A stretch of DNA of 64,000 nucleotides from Verrucomicrobiia bacterium. GTDB taxonomy: Bacteria; Verrucomicrobiota; Verrucomicrobiia; Limisphaerales; UBA1319. Below are positions 63,931 to 64,000 of this stretch, piece after piece. The translations under genes were made by a program, and so were the position numbers. The notes under the pieces were generated by a model. The model was not told the DNA's origin, ran no database searches, and was given only the letters and a program-made list of their open reading frames with translations. The stretch is taken from the NCBI GenBank assembly GCA_963664225.1, contig OY760937.1:128001-192000 (forward strand). The letters run 5' to 3'. Each line of letters starts with the position of its first letter. Within the stretch, counting starts at the first letter, position 1.

Positions 63931-64000
63931 TGCCAAAACCTAATTCCCAGTGCCCCAGTCGTCAATTAGAAGCAACGACACCCGCACCGCCCGTCCTTAG

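Noticed and set aside
62632..63969. 445-aa plus-strand ORF and similar long antisense ORFs (25223-27004, 33412-34887, 42515-44068, 49211-50608)
   Set aside because: Antisense shadows of well-supported genes, common in GC-rich DNA.

Overview
This is a GC-rich bacterial chromosome segment. Its gene content suggests Verrucomicrobiota, probably Pedosphaera/subdivision-3-like; that is inferred from the TIGR04073-like protein, many prepilin-type genes, C-terminal 'FYR/FFRL' domains and the EF-P 'PGN' loop. Housekeeping genes include lysS, efp, ispE, pyrC, prmC, lipA, pyrR-pyrB, nadA, tRNA-Gly and tRNA-Gln. They are mixed with carbohydrate-active enzymes (CE15, GH116, GH16, GH2), large secreted repeat proteins, three multi-PAS histidine kinases, a RAYT with its REPs and a decayed toxin/immunity islet. 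The least explained signals are non-coding. (i) A duplicated sigma54-driven ~75-nt leader precedes two near-identical major pilin genes and can fold into a pseudoknot with compatible substitutions. (ii) A modular family of intergenic repeats forms a ~134-bp tandem array and brackets single genes like cassettes. (iii) A 162-bp imperfect palindrome sits just upstream of a phosphatase gene. All product calls come from motif recognition by eye; no database searches were run.
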